Positions 1 through 7,371 of a stretch of 9,294 nt of DNA are shown piece after piece. Origin of the DNA: a virus (taxonomy: Duplodnaviria; Heunggongvirae; Uroviricota; Caudoviricetes); the IMG/VR virus record IMGVR_UViG_2531839179_000014; one strand, 5' to 3'. The notes beneath the pieces were generated by a model. The model saw nothing but the letters and a program-made list of their open reading frames with translations. It did not search any database and was not told the DNA's origin. Within the stretch, counting starts at the first letter, position 1, and each line of letters opens with the position of its first letter. The position numbers were made by a program, and so were the translations under genes.

Positions 1-875
1 ATGGCGAGTAAACCGGCTGATAAATGACCCTGAACTTCGGGTTCTCCTTCAGCCAGCTCTGTGTTTCCCGGCTTTTGTGGATAATGTAGTTGTCCACGAT
101 CAGCGTGATGGTTTTCGCCCGACGGTATGTCGCTTTAAGCCGCTTCAGCAGGCTGATGAACAGCGCCGAACTTTTGCTGTTGCCGCCCACATAGCTGACT
201 TTACCTGTCCCGCTGTGCAGCGCTCCGGCCAGATAATATTTTTCATTCTGTCCCGGCGTGACCACCCGTTTTTGCTGTCCGCGCAGTTGCCAGTCCGCAC
301 CGATTTTGGGATGAAGATGGATATCCACTTCATCTTCATAAATGACCGGATGCTCTGCGCTGCATTCGTCCAGTGCTTTATGGATTGCTGCCATCTTTTC
401 ATCTTTATGCGGGTCACGGATACGCAGAGTTGGCGCAGCCCTTCGCCACACAATCCCCGCAGACGGCAACCAGCGGCGAACGGTTCCGGCATTTAACTGG
501 CAACCGGTTATCTCATTGATTTTTATTGCCAGCAGTTCTGTACTCCAGCGTGAACGCTGGTAGCCAAAGTCGCCGGGAGAATGTTTTTACCAGCTCACGT
601 AACAGTGTGCAGATATGCTCAAACGGCCAGCGACGGGCACGCCCGGCAGGTAATGATTTCAGTCCCTCAACACCCGACTGCGTGAACCAGTTAATCCAGC
701 GTCCAACAGAGGAACGGGCGCAGCAGAGCGTTCTGGCAACGTCGCTGACACGGTCGCCCCGGTGCAGCATCAGCATGGCAGTCAGTCTGCGGGCATAATT
801 TTTATCATGTGTTTTATGGATGGCTTTCTGCATCAGGCGTCGTTCGTCACGGGAAATTGGTGCTATGATCGGCAT
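1..875 (-). pseudogene. IS630-family DDE transposase, N-terminal HTH part (513-875) and catalytic part (1-586) in different frames
   Basis: Minus-strand translation of 1-586 gives ...RWSTELLAIKINEITGCQLNAGTVRRWL...VIYEDEVDIHLHPKIGADWQLRGQQKRVVTPGQNEKYYLAGALHSGTGKVSYV...TLIVDNYIIHKSRETQSWLKENPKFRVIYQPVYSPW, the characteristic IS630/Tc1 catalytic core. The N-terminal ORF 513-875 (HTH RVSDVARTLCCARSSVGRWINWF) ends in a different frame; frames switch at the T5 run at 584-588. The listed ORF 145-492(-) is an out-of-frame artefact. Confidence 0.75.
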
Positions 876-975
876 TGCTCAGTCCGGTTGGTGATTTGTT
901 TTGATTTGGCGATTGATCAGATCGCACAATCCGGGCTAAGTTCCCTCAAAGTGATCTACTATTCCGCGCAGCTAT
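1..975 (-). mobile_element. IS630/Tc1-mariner-family insertion sequence, partial (runs off the window start); right boundary approximate
   Basis: Contains the transposase below plus ~100 bp of 5' leader (876-975). The boundary with IS30-derived sequence lies near 960-980 at a TTAG/TA junction, consistent with TA-target insertion by this family. Terminal inverted repeat not identified. Confidence 0.6.
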
Positions 976-1231
976 TTAGAATTTACTGTCAGCACCGGCG
1001 TTAAAGTTTACTTCTGCGATCCTCAGAGTCCTTGGCAGCGGGGAACAAATGAGAACACAAATGGGCTAATTCGGCAGTACTTTCCTAAAAAGACATGTCT
1101 TGCCCAATATACTCAACATGAACTAGATCTGGTTGCTGCTCAGCTAAACAACAGACCGAGAAAGACACTGAAGTTCAAAACACCGAAAGAGATAATTGAA
1201 AGGGGTGTTGCATTGACAGATTGAATCTACA
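965..1231 (+). mobile_element. IS30 3' remnant including the right terminus
   Basis: Transposase stop at 1222-1224 is followed by TTGAATCTACA ending at 1231, the reverse complement of the IS30 terminal TGTAGATTCAA. The 5' ~1 kb of IS30 is absent. Confidence 0.8.
979..1224 (+). pseudogene. insI: IS30 transposase C-terminal fragment (last ~80 codons)
   Basis: Translation EFTVSTGVKVYFCDPQSPWQRGTNENTNGLIRQYFPKKTCLAQYTQHELDLVAAQLNNRPRKTLKFKTPKEIIERGVALTD* matches the C-terminus of IS30 InsI as recalled. There is no start codon or N-terminal part; sequence upstream of ~975 is unrelated. Confidence 0.85.
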
Positions 1232-2127
1232 ACAGCGTATTTTGCACAGGAGTCGCTGAAAAATACGCGTTAATCGAACAATGGCGACAACAATTTCCCA
1301 TTGAAGCGATGTGTCAGGTATTTGGTGTATCCAGGAGCGGTTATTACAACTGGGTACAGCATGAACCCTCAGACAGAAAACAAAGTGATGAGCGGCTAAA
1401 ACTGGAGATTAAGGTGGCACATATCCGCACTCGCGAAACATATGGAACCCGGCGGCTCCAGACGGAGCTGGCAGAGAATGGCATCATCGTTGGTCGTGAC
1501 CGACTGGCACGTCTTCGTAAGGAGCTAAGGCTACGCTGTAAGCAGAAACGCAAGTTCAGAGCGACTACGAACCCGAACCACAATCTGCCAGTTGCGCCAA
1601 ATCTGTTGAACCAGACGTTCGCTCCTACAGCACCAAATCAGGTCTGGGTGGCGGACCTGACGTATGTTGCCACACAGGAGGGATGGTTGTACCTCGCTGG
1701 CATCAAAGATGTTTATACGTGCGAAATTGTCGGCTACGCCATGGGAGAGCGCATGACAAAAGAGCTGACAGGTAAAGCCCTGTTTATGGCGCTCAGGAGC
1801 CAGCGCCCACCTGCCGGGCTAATCCACCACTCTGATCGAGGTTCACAGTACTGCGCATACGATTACCGGGTCATACAGGAGCAGTTTGGTCTGAAAACAT
1901 CAATGTCGCGTAAAGGTAACTGTTACGACAACGCTCCGATGGAAAGCTTCTGGGGAACGCTGAAAAATGAGAGCCTGAGCCACTATCGTTTTAATAACCG
2001 GGATGAAGCCATCTCAGTAATACGGGAATACATTGAGATTTTCTACAATCGTCAGCGTCGTCACTCTCGTCTGGGGAATATCTCCCCGGCAGCCTTCAGG
2101 GAAAAATATCATCAGATGGCTGCTTAA
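1232..2127 (+). pseudogene. IS3-family OrfB (DDE integrase-core transposase), 5'-truncated by the IS30 insertion
   Basis: Reading frame is open from the IS30 stop through ORF 1309-2127. Motifs WVADLTYV, HSDRGSQY and MSRKGNCYDNAPMESFWGTLKNE (DDE catalytic residues) and a C-terminal YNRQRRHSRLG are present. No orfA upstream. Confidence 0.85.
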
Positions 2128-2170
2128 AAAAAGAACAAATGGTAGTGTCCGCTATTGCCAGTACACCTCA
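1232..2170 (+). mobile_element. IS3-family element, 3' portion only (orfA and the orfA/orfB frameshift window are missing); right end approximate
   Basis: Begins immediately after the IS30 right terminus. OrfB stops at 2127; a candidate terminus ...CCAGTACACCTCA ends near 2170 (IS3-family ends are TG...CA). The arrangement resembles the IS911-interrupted-by-IS30 configuration known in E. coli K-12, but identity to IS911 is not verified. Confidence 0.6.
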
Positions 2171-2303
2171 TTTCGATATCCGGGACGCCAATCCCGACGC
2201 CAGATTTTGCTGGCGCGTGAGGAATATAGCCCCGGATTAACGTTGTCGTCAACAGCCACTACAGGCTAAACTAACAATATTCCCCAACAACGAAGGATTT
2301 AAC

Positions 2304-2591
2304 ATGGCTCAGGTCTATTTTGATACACTGAAGTTCGTCGAAACCTTGGAAGCCGCAGGAATGCCGGCAGCTCAGGCGCGCGCTATATCTGCCGCAGTGA
2401 AAGATTCTCACGAAGCCGCAGAAGTCGCCACAAAGCGCGACCTAAATGATGTCAGAACTGAACTAAAAAACGACATTGCAGCCCTTGATGCAAAAATAGA
2501 CAAACTCAGCCTGCAACTGACCGTCAGATTTGGTGGCATGCTCGTCGTTGCTGTTGGCGCACTGACAGCCATCATCAAATTACCTCTTTAA
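2304..2591 (+). CDS. Small coiled-coil protein with C-terminal transmembrane anchor (XhlA-like/DUF1640-like architecture)
   Basis: ORF 2304-2591 with SD AAGGA 6 nt upstream of ATG. N-terminal amphipathic region (DLNDVRTELKNDIAALDAKIDKLSLQL) followed by hydrophobic GGMLVVAVGALTAIIKL. Family assignment is from architecture only. Confidence 0.6.
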   Translation: MAQVYFDTLKFVETLEAAGMPAAQARAISAAVKDSHEAAEVATKRDLNDVRTELKNDIAALDAKIDKLSLQLTVRFGGMLVVAVGALTAIIKLPL

Positions 2592-2595
2592 ATTA

Positions 2596-2614
2596 CCAGC
2601 CCGTTCGGGGCTGG
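2596..2614. terminator. Bidirectional hairpin between convergent genes
   Basis: CCAGCCC-GTTCG-GGGCTGG (7-bp GC-rich stem) lies 5 bp after the + gene stop (2591) and 6 bp after the minus-strand peptide stop (2621). Flanking T/A tracts are short (TTTACC on +, TAATTTAAA on -), so intrinsic termination strength is uncertain. Confidence 0.5.
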
Positions 2615-2620
2615 TTTACC

Positions 2621-2704
2621 TTACCCCCAGCGGCAAATCGAATACACAACCAGCGCCACCGCCATTGCAATTCCTACCGTGGTGAATGCTTCAGGCCAGG
2701 TCAT
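2621..2704 (-). CDS. 27-aa hydrophobic peptide MTWPEAFTTVGIAMAVALVVYSICRWG (not in the supplied ORF track)
   Basis: ATG overlaps the stop of the upstream gene (ATGA at 2701-2704). SD GGAGGA lies 9 nt upstream. Single predicted transmembrane helix; ends 6 bp before the hairpin. Confidence 0.4.
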   Translation of the reverse strand: MTWPEAFTTVGIAMAVALVVYSICRWG

Positions 2705-3218
2705 CGTAAAACATCCTCCACGCTTATCAGTCCATTTCGCTTCAGGTAATCCATCGCCTTCTCCGGTAATTTGCAGTCAGGCTTAGCTTTTTTCAGTTGA
2801 CTGACCAGTCGTTTAACCCACATTGTTAATTCGCTAACCTGATTACTGGATGCTAGTAGGTTGTCGGCTTTACCCAGAATGACAGCACAGCAAGCCTCTT
2901 TGAGTACCCAGTCAACAGCGTCTTTCCATGCTCCTGTTTCGACTGGTGGATTCTCACGCTTTACCTGTTCATAAAAGCGCACGGCTTTAACCAGTCCTTC
3001 TGATGTCACCTGGACTGGCGGGGCAGTGAATAAGGCCTGAATTTCATAGTTCGGCCTGTCGTTACAATCCTCTTTTTTCGGTACATATTTCCAGTCACCA
3101 GACCACCACTTCCCCTGAAAGTCCGTAACGCCTTTTTTTTCACGTAGCGATATCGCCATGCCACTGTTTTTGCTTGCCCCGCCGTTTCATGCCCTTCCTG
3201 ATAATTAATCTCGCTCAT
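2701..3218 (-). CDS. Hypothetical protein (~175 aa if fused), interrupted by a frameshift at the T8/A8 run at 3133-3140
   Basis: ORF 3006-3218 (MSEINYQEGHETAGQAKTVAWRYRYVKKK...) starts by ATGA overlap with the upstream gene and has a GGGG SD. ORF 2701-3159 (..KGVTDFQGKWWSGDWKYVPKK...ISVEDVLR) continues in the -1 frame from the A8 run. One extra A would give a single ORF. No family recognised. Confidence 0.55.
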
Positions 3219-3391
3219 TCATCGCCCCACTCATCACAATATGCTTCGACCGGAGTTTTTCCTGCTTCATAATCATCACGCCATGCTTCAGCATCAGCAG
3301 CACTGCCACCACGTAACTCTGCATAGTCCATTAACAGTTCATGCCATTCTTCAAAACTGACGTTGTATTTAGTTGAACCAAAATCAGCCAT
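3215..3391 (-). CDS. 58-aa acidic protein MADFGSTKYNVSFEEWHELLMDYAELRGGSAADAEAWRDDYEAGKTPVEAYCDEWGDE (not in the supplied ORF track)
   Basis: ATG at 3391-3389 overlaps the stop of the upstream gene (ATGGCTGA) and its stop overlaps the next start (ATGA). Open frame with enterobacterial codon usage; D/E rich. Confidence 0.5.
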   Translation of the reverse strand: MADFGSTKYNVSFEEWHELLMDYAELRGGSAADAEAWRDDYEAGKTPVEAYCDEWGDE

Positions 3392-3566
3392 TTTGTTCTT
3401 CCTCTTCGTCTTTTATTTCGTGATATGAGTAATTGCAGTAGTTAAAGAAAATATCTTTTGCTTCGTCATGTATTTCATCAGGCGTCGCATCATCATCCAC
3501 TTCGAATTCATCCTCGAAATCTCCACCGGCTATTCCCGTTTCAATAATAATTTTGAACTTTCGCAT
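3384..3566 (-). CDS. 60-aa highly acidic protein MRKFKIIIETGIAGGDFEDEFEVDDDATPDEIHDEAKDIFFNYCNYSYHEIKDEEEEQNG
   Basis: Part of listed ORF 3384-3602. I place the start at the internal ATG (3566) because the upstream 36 nt run into the IS10-like terminal repeat. About one third of residues are D/E. First gene of a four-gene coupled series. Confidence 0.55.
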   Translation of the reverse strand: MRKFKIIIETGIAGGDFEDEFEVDDDATPDEIHDEAKDIFFNYCNYSYHEIKDEEEEQNG

Positions 3567-3577
3567 TTCACTACCGC

Positions 3578-3587
3578 CCTTTCGGGC
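3578..3587. repeat. Left copy of the direct repeat CCTTTCGGGC flanking the IS10-like element (target-site duplication)
   Basis: The identical 10-mer occurs at 4890-4899 immediately outside the other terminus. IS10-group elements make 9-bp duplications. Confidence 0.75.
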
Positions 3588-4889
3588 CTGAGGGATCCCC
3601 ACAAAATTACTGCTAATAAACCAACACCATATTTCGGTAGGTTCTGGACAGATGGTTTAGAACTGTGCTCAGTACTGTTCGTCTTAAAATAAGTGGCGAG
3701 TGTCGAAGAACATTCTTCGCTAACGTCAGATATGAGATAACCCGCCGGGATTTAATGCTGTTAGCCTGATATTTCAGGTGTAACCCTTTATTTTCAGCGT
3801 GATAACCGAGTAACCACATTACGATAGTGCTCAACGTTGCCAGCAGACTCAGAACCAGAATTCTTCCTGTTGAACGACTTTTGCTGGCCCGAAGACCAAA
3901 TCCGAAGCGCCCGTTCTTTTCATCACGAAAGTTTTGCTCTATCTGCATTCGCCGACTGTATAACTTGATGATTTCTCGCGCTCTGAAGTCATTTGTACTG
4001 CTGAAGATCAACCAGGCTTCTTTTGCTGATTTGCTCTGTTCTTTGTCTGTTTTGTTTAAACCACTCTGACCTTTCGAACGTTTCTTTTTTCGCCCTTTTG
4101 CCGATTTCTTATAGGTGTAAAAATGCCCCCGGATGCTTTTTTTCCTTTCTTTAACCAGCCTTCCAGCCCCCATATATTCCGGTGTTTTACATTCAGGGCT
4201 ATCCGACACTTTTTAACCATCTTTCAGGCGCGTTATCGAGGCAATACTGAACGTTATTTCTGATCCGACCAATAAAATCCCAGCCCAGAGAAGTAATATG
4301 GTGAAACCATGCGCTCTGAAATCCAGCATCCGTGACAATAATAACCCTGGCATCGGGGGGCAGGGATTGAGCAAGGGAATCAAGGAAATCATGTTGTATC
4401 AATGGATTATTTTGTTTTTCAGAAGGAACAACCTTACTCAATAACGGAATGGAACGCCCGTCACACAGAAGGCTGGCACGAAGAACATGATGCTCCTGGG
4501 AGGGATAGCCACTCCAGTCTACGGCTATTACACATAAAGATAACTGCCGTGTCAGCATTGAAGTGATATTCCTGAAAATCATTGGAATATCGCGATGGAG
4601 CGCCTCATTACCCATGAGGCGATCAATACGTTTGCTCTTATTCTTAACTTGTGCATTACCCGGCAAAAAACGTCCGATACTGGTCAGCGTCAGAGATGCT
4701 CCGTTGATTAACACCACTGTGGCATCCATCAGGGCATTTTGTCGGTACTGATGAAATGGTGCTAAGGCATCCCGGAAGAAATTCTGACATACTTTATGAA
4801 CAGGCATAGCAGTGATCTCATTGAATTGTTGGCACAAATCAGTAGATCACATAATGCTATGTCTGTCTCGTTTTCTGGGAATTCCTCAG
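3588..4889 (-). mobile_element. IS10-like insertion sequence (IS4 family), ~1.3 kb, apparently complete
   Basis: Left end CTGAGGGATCCCCACAAAATTACTG (3588-3612) resembles the IS10 inside end as recalled; right end read on minus from 4889 is CTGAGGAATTCCCAGAAAACGAGAC. The two ends match at 17 of 22 positions. GATC sites sit in the left terminus (3594-3597) and near the transposase start (4814-4817, 4845-4848). Confidence 0.85.
3613..4837 (-). pseudogene. IS10-like transposase, split by a frameshift near the A5/T5 run at 4210-4214
   Basis: N-part (ORF 4199-4837) has KRIDRLMGNEALH, IAVDWSGY, VLRASLLCDGRSIP, VIIVTDAGFQSAWF, LGW. C-part (ORF 3613-4209) has the IS4-family YREK signature YSRRMQIEQNFRDEK. 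Both are collinear with IS10 transposase as recalled. The start may be TTG at 4837 or ATG at 4807. Confidence 0.8.
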
Positions 4890-4899
4890 CCTTTCGGGC
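4890..4899. repeat. Right copy of the direct repeat CCTTTCGGGC flanking the IS10-like element
   Basis: See left copy at 3578-3587. Confidence 0.75.
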
Positions 4900-4971
4900 G
4901 GCCTCCTGATGATTTGAGGGTGCAGGAATCCCTCCGGTTAAGGATTAAATTTTTAACAGTGCTAAATTTAA

Positions 4972-5328
4972 TTATTCAGTTCTGGATTTTGTCGCCCTGC
5001 GTATCCGCGCTTTCGCGTTACGCTCAATCTGTATCAGCTTTTCTATATTTCTCCGCCTTTCCTGTTCCTCCTGGCGCAATAGCCTTACATCATCTGCCAG
5101 TCTGGTTTCTCTTTTTGCCACAGAGAGCATCCAGTCAAACGGCTCCACAACCGCACCGCAGATTTTACAGCGGACCTGACGCTCTTTTTCGTCAACCCGT
5201 ACAGAGGCGTGATGGCAATATGGTCTTTCCGATGGCTCATAAAGAAAATTAACCTGATTACGAGGGCCATCCTCTTTTATCGGAAATAAAACGATATTGC
5301 TTAACTCATCTTCTGGGTTTATTTCCAT
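4972..5328 (-). CDS. Hypothetical protein with Cys/His cluster and basic coiled-coil tail (possible zinc-ribbon regulator)
   Basis: Inside listed ORF 4972-5385. I prefer the ATG at 5328 (MEINPEDEL...) because it has a strong SD AAGGAGAGGAG, whereas the ATG at 5385 directly abuts the upstream stop. Contains YCHH...(15)...CKIC and a C-terminal R/E-rich helix. Confidence 0.55.
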   Translation of the reverse strand: MEINPEDELSNIVLFPIKEDGPRNQVNFLYEPSERPYCHHASVRVDEKERQVRCKICGAVVEPFDWMLSVAKRETRLADDVRLLRQEEQERRRNIEKLIQIERNAKARIRRATKSRTE

Positions 5329-5385
5329 GCTCCTCTCCTTTGATGCGAATGCCAGCGGTAATTGAAGCCTGATAGCTAATTTCAT

Positions 5386-5808
5386 TCACAGTATCGCCTC
5401 CTGAAAATTACCCTGATAGAAAGCCAGTACACGCTGCATAGCTTCGCTCTTCCGGCACTCGCGACAGATTATATTCAGGCGCCTGTCGTAGCGACGTATT
5501 TCTCCGTCAGGTAATGACCAGATAAGGTCCGGATCAACAACAACCGGTTTCCTCACCTTTACTCTCGAGAGTTTTTTGCGGGCGCTTTGCCAGTCCTTGC
5601 GAGCCTGTTCAGACGGGAATAAGCCGTAGCCAGAATTATATACATCACCACTTGCGACCAGTTCTATGCATAAGCGACCGACAGACGCACGACTGATACC
5701 TGTTTCATCGGACAACTGCCGAATCGTGACCCGACCGTCCTGATGCACGAGTTCCACAATTCGCGTCTTCAGTTCTTCCCGCTGTTCGGGAGTAAAAGGT
5801 TTCGCCAT
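5386..5808 (-). CDS. Hypothetical phage protein with N-terminal winged-HTH-like region
   Basis: ORF 5386-5808 with SD AGGAGG 4 nt upstream of ATG. N-terminal VTIRQLSDETGISRASVGRLCIELV resembles an HTH; the C-terminal half is unassigned. Confidence 0.6.
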   Translation of the reverse strand: MAKPFTPEQREELKTRIVELVHQDGRVTIRQLSDETGISRASVGRLCIELVASGDVYNSGYGLFPSEQARKDWQSARKKLSRVKVRKPVVVDPDLIWSLPDGEIRRYDRRLNIICRECRKSEAMQRVLAFYQGNFQEAIL

Positions 5809-5822
5809 AAATCCTCCTGAAA

Positions 5823-6569
5823 CTACTTAACAACCCTCGAATGGCTAACATCCGGACGCCAGCTCTCCCAGTTAAAATTCACCCAGCGCCCGCCGTTCAT
5901 GACCATGCGATCCATCACCCGCTCGCCGAGCAATGTTTTCATCACCTCATAGTTCAGGTTTGTCAGCATCCCCACGCTGCGCATCGACGCTGTCCGGCGA
6001 TCAACAATCTGGTGCAGCACCACCTGCTCGTTTTTCGTCTCGCGCTGAATGCCAATTTCATCAAGAACCAGCAGATCCACTTCGCACAGCTCCCGCAAAA
6101 ATTTTTCGCCTGACTGCCCGTCGTCATAGCTGGCGTGCAGGGCGCTCATAACATCAGCCACGGTAACCACAATCACTGTCTGACCGTCTTTCAGCAGGCG
6201 ATTCCCGATAGCTGCCGCTAAGTGATTCTTCCCGGTACCAGGTTTTCCGCTGAACGCAAAATTTGTACACCCGGTCATCAGTTCATCGGCGATGGATTTC
6301 GCCTGGCTTAACGCGTATCGCTGGCCGTCGTTCTGCACCTGGTAATTCGCAAACGAGCATTTACGGTGCAACGGCTGGATGCCTGAGCGATTCAGAATTT
6401 TTTCCACCCGCAACTGGCGATTCAGGCGGTTGATCTCCTCGCTACGTTTCTGGCCTTCAGCAAGTTGCCACTCGCGCCACTCCGCTACCGTTCTGAATGG
6501 GGCGGTTACATGTGGCGGGGTCAGTCGGCGGATGCGTTCCAGAACGCCGCCTGTCGCAATATTTTTCAT
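5823..6569 (-). CDS. DnaC/IstB-like AAA+ helicase loader (phage replication protein)
   Basis: Walker A GKPGTGKNHLAAAIG and Walker B LLVLDEIG are present. Sits immediately downstream of the O-like gene, as in lambdoid and Rac-type replication modules. Confidence 0.85.
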   Translation of the reverse strand: MKNIATGGVLERIRRLTPPHVTAPFRTVAEWREWQLAEGQKRSEEINRLNRQLRVEKILNRSGIQPLHRKCSFANYQVQNDGQRYALSQAKSIADELMTGCTNFAFSGKPGTGKNHLAAAIGNRLLKDGQTVIVVTVADVMSALHASYDDGQSGEKFLRELCEVDLLVLDEIGIQRETKNEQVVLHQIVDRRTASMRSVGMLTNLNYEVMKTLLGERVMDRMVMNGGRWVNFNWESWRPDVSHSRVVK

Positions 6570-6575
6570 GGTCCG

Positions 6576-7359
6576 TTACCCCCTGAAGCCTGGCGGGATC
6601 GCACTGTCCGGCAACGAGACGGTGTTAACCTGTCGGAGCAACGTCTCAGGCCGAACACCTTTCGGCGCGAACAGGCCCTGGTATTCATTGGCGATGCTGT
6701 GTCGAATCACCTGCTCAGGTGTAAAACCCTGCTGACGGAATTTTTCCAGTTCCCGTATCGCCCCGTTAGCGCCCTGCTCCGTTCGAATCGGTTTTCGCAA
6801 TGCCTGTCTGAACCGGACCCACTCATGCCAGAGTGTTTCCGGCAACCAATCGGGCAGCTCAATAGCCTCCGGCTCGAATTTTTTAGACGCTCGTTTTTGG
6901 CGAGGGGGATTTAGGGGGAGATCTGTATTTAGATCTTCCTCTTCCTCTGGTAACGCTTTTTGATCCGTTTGTGTAACGCTGGCAGCGTTACCTTTTCGTT
7001 TCAGTTCGCGTATTTTTGTTACTCGCTCGTTTGTAACCGCCCGTTTTTTTAGAGCTTTTTCCGTTATGACGTTCAAAGTTAGGTAGAGAAAGCCCACCGT
7101 CATTTTCGACCAGCCATCCAACCTGAATTAACGCATCAGCAAAACCAGACATAAAAGTGATGCGATCTATTGCACTTTTTGTAACGCCGCGAGCGTTACA
7201 ATCTGCATTACCGTCTATCATTTGTTGATCCGCCCATGCCCAGAAGCGAATAACCTTCCCTAATGCGGCATCTGGATCAATATTCAGAATCTCAGCAAGC
7301 CTGAATATTTCCGGCTTATCCGGCGTAATAACCTCGAGCTTTATCCAGTTTGAAGCCAT
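6576..7359 (-). CDS. Replication initiator/replisome organizer (lambda O-like, YdaU-like), interrupted by a frameshift at the T7/A7 run at 7044-7050
   Basis: N-part ORF 6988-7359 (MASNWIKLEVITPDKPEIFRLAEIL...LPNFERHNGKSSKK) and C-part ORF 6576-7121 (...RAVTNERVTKIRELKRKG...LPDWLPETLWHEWVRFRQALRKP...) overlap at 6988-7121 in different frames. Removing one A from the A7 run fuses them into ~260 aa. Position is between the YdaT-like and DnaC-like genes. Confidence 0.6.
6972..6992. repeat. 21-bp palindrome, copy 3 (GTAACGCT-ggc-AGCGTTAC), inside the O-like coding region
   Basis: Perfect 8-bp arms. It is one of three related palindromes in this region. Confidence 0.7.
7180..7200. repeat. 21-bp palindrome, copy 2 (TGTAACGC-cgcga-GCGTTACA), inside the O-like coding region
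   Basis: Perfect 8-bp arms; differs at one base from copy 1. Confidence 0.7.
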
Positions 7360-7371
7360 TTGTTTTCACCT

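Noticed and set aside
145-492. Listed minus-strand ORF of 115 aa inside the IS630-like element
   Set aside because: It is out of frame with the transposase catalytic-core translation that carries the family motifs; it is an overlapping-frame artefact.
77-1004. Plus-strand ORFs 77-496, 342-563, 526-798 and 762-1004
   Set aside because: They are antisense to, or overlap, the IS630-like transposase and have no motifs or ribosome-binding sites. The IS30-homologous reading frame at 979-1224 is a different frame from ORF 762-1004.
2193-2206. Short inverted repeat CGCCAG-N-CTGGCG between the IS3-family end and the next gene
   Set aside because: It is a 6-bp stem without a following T-tract and without context suggesting a terminator or binding site.
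1344-2269. ORFs 1344-1583(-) and 2033-2269(+)
   Set aside because: They overlap the IS3-family OrfB in other frames; the OrfB frame carries the DDE motifs.
4906-4936. Sequence CTGATGATTTGAGGGTGCAGGAATCCCTCCG outside the right end of the IS10-like element, which partly resembles an IS10-type terminus
   Set aside because: The match is short and gapped, and the exact flanking direct repeat places the true terminus at 4889. It may be a chance similarity, an old footprint, or a GAGGG/CCCTC hairpin.
3468-5270. ORFs 3468-3692(+), 3827-4069(+), 4563-4751(+), 4812-5252(+) and 5085-5270(-)
   Set aside because: They are antisense or out-of-frame overlaps of the IS10-like transposase and the Cys/His-cluster gene, with low-complexity translations.
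5841-6914. Plus-strand ORFs 5841-6113, 5933-6151, 6379-6735 and 6465-6914
   Set aside because: They are antisense to the DnaC-like and O-like genes, which carry recognisable Walker motifs and domain patterns.
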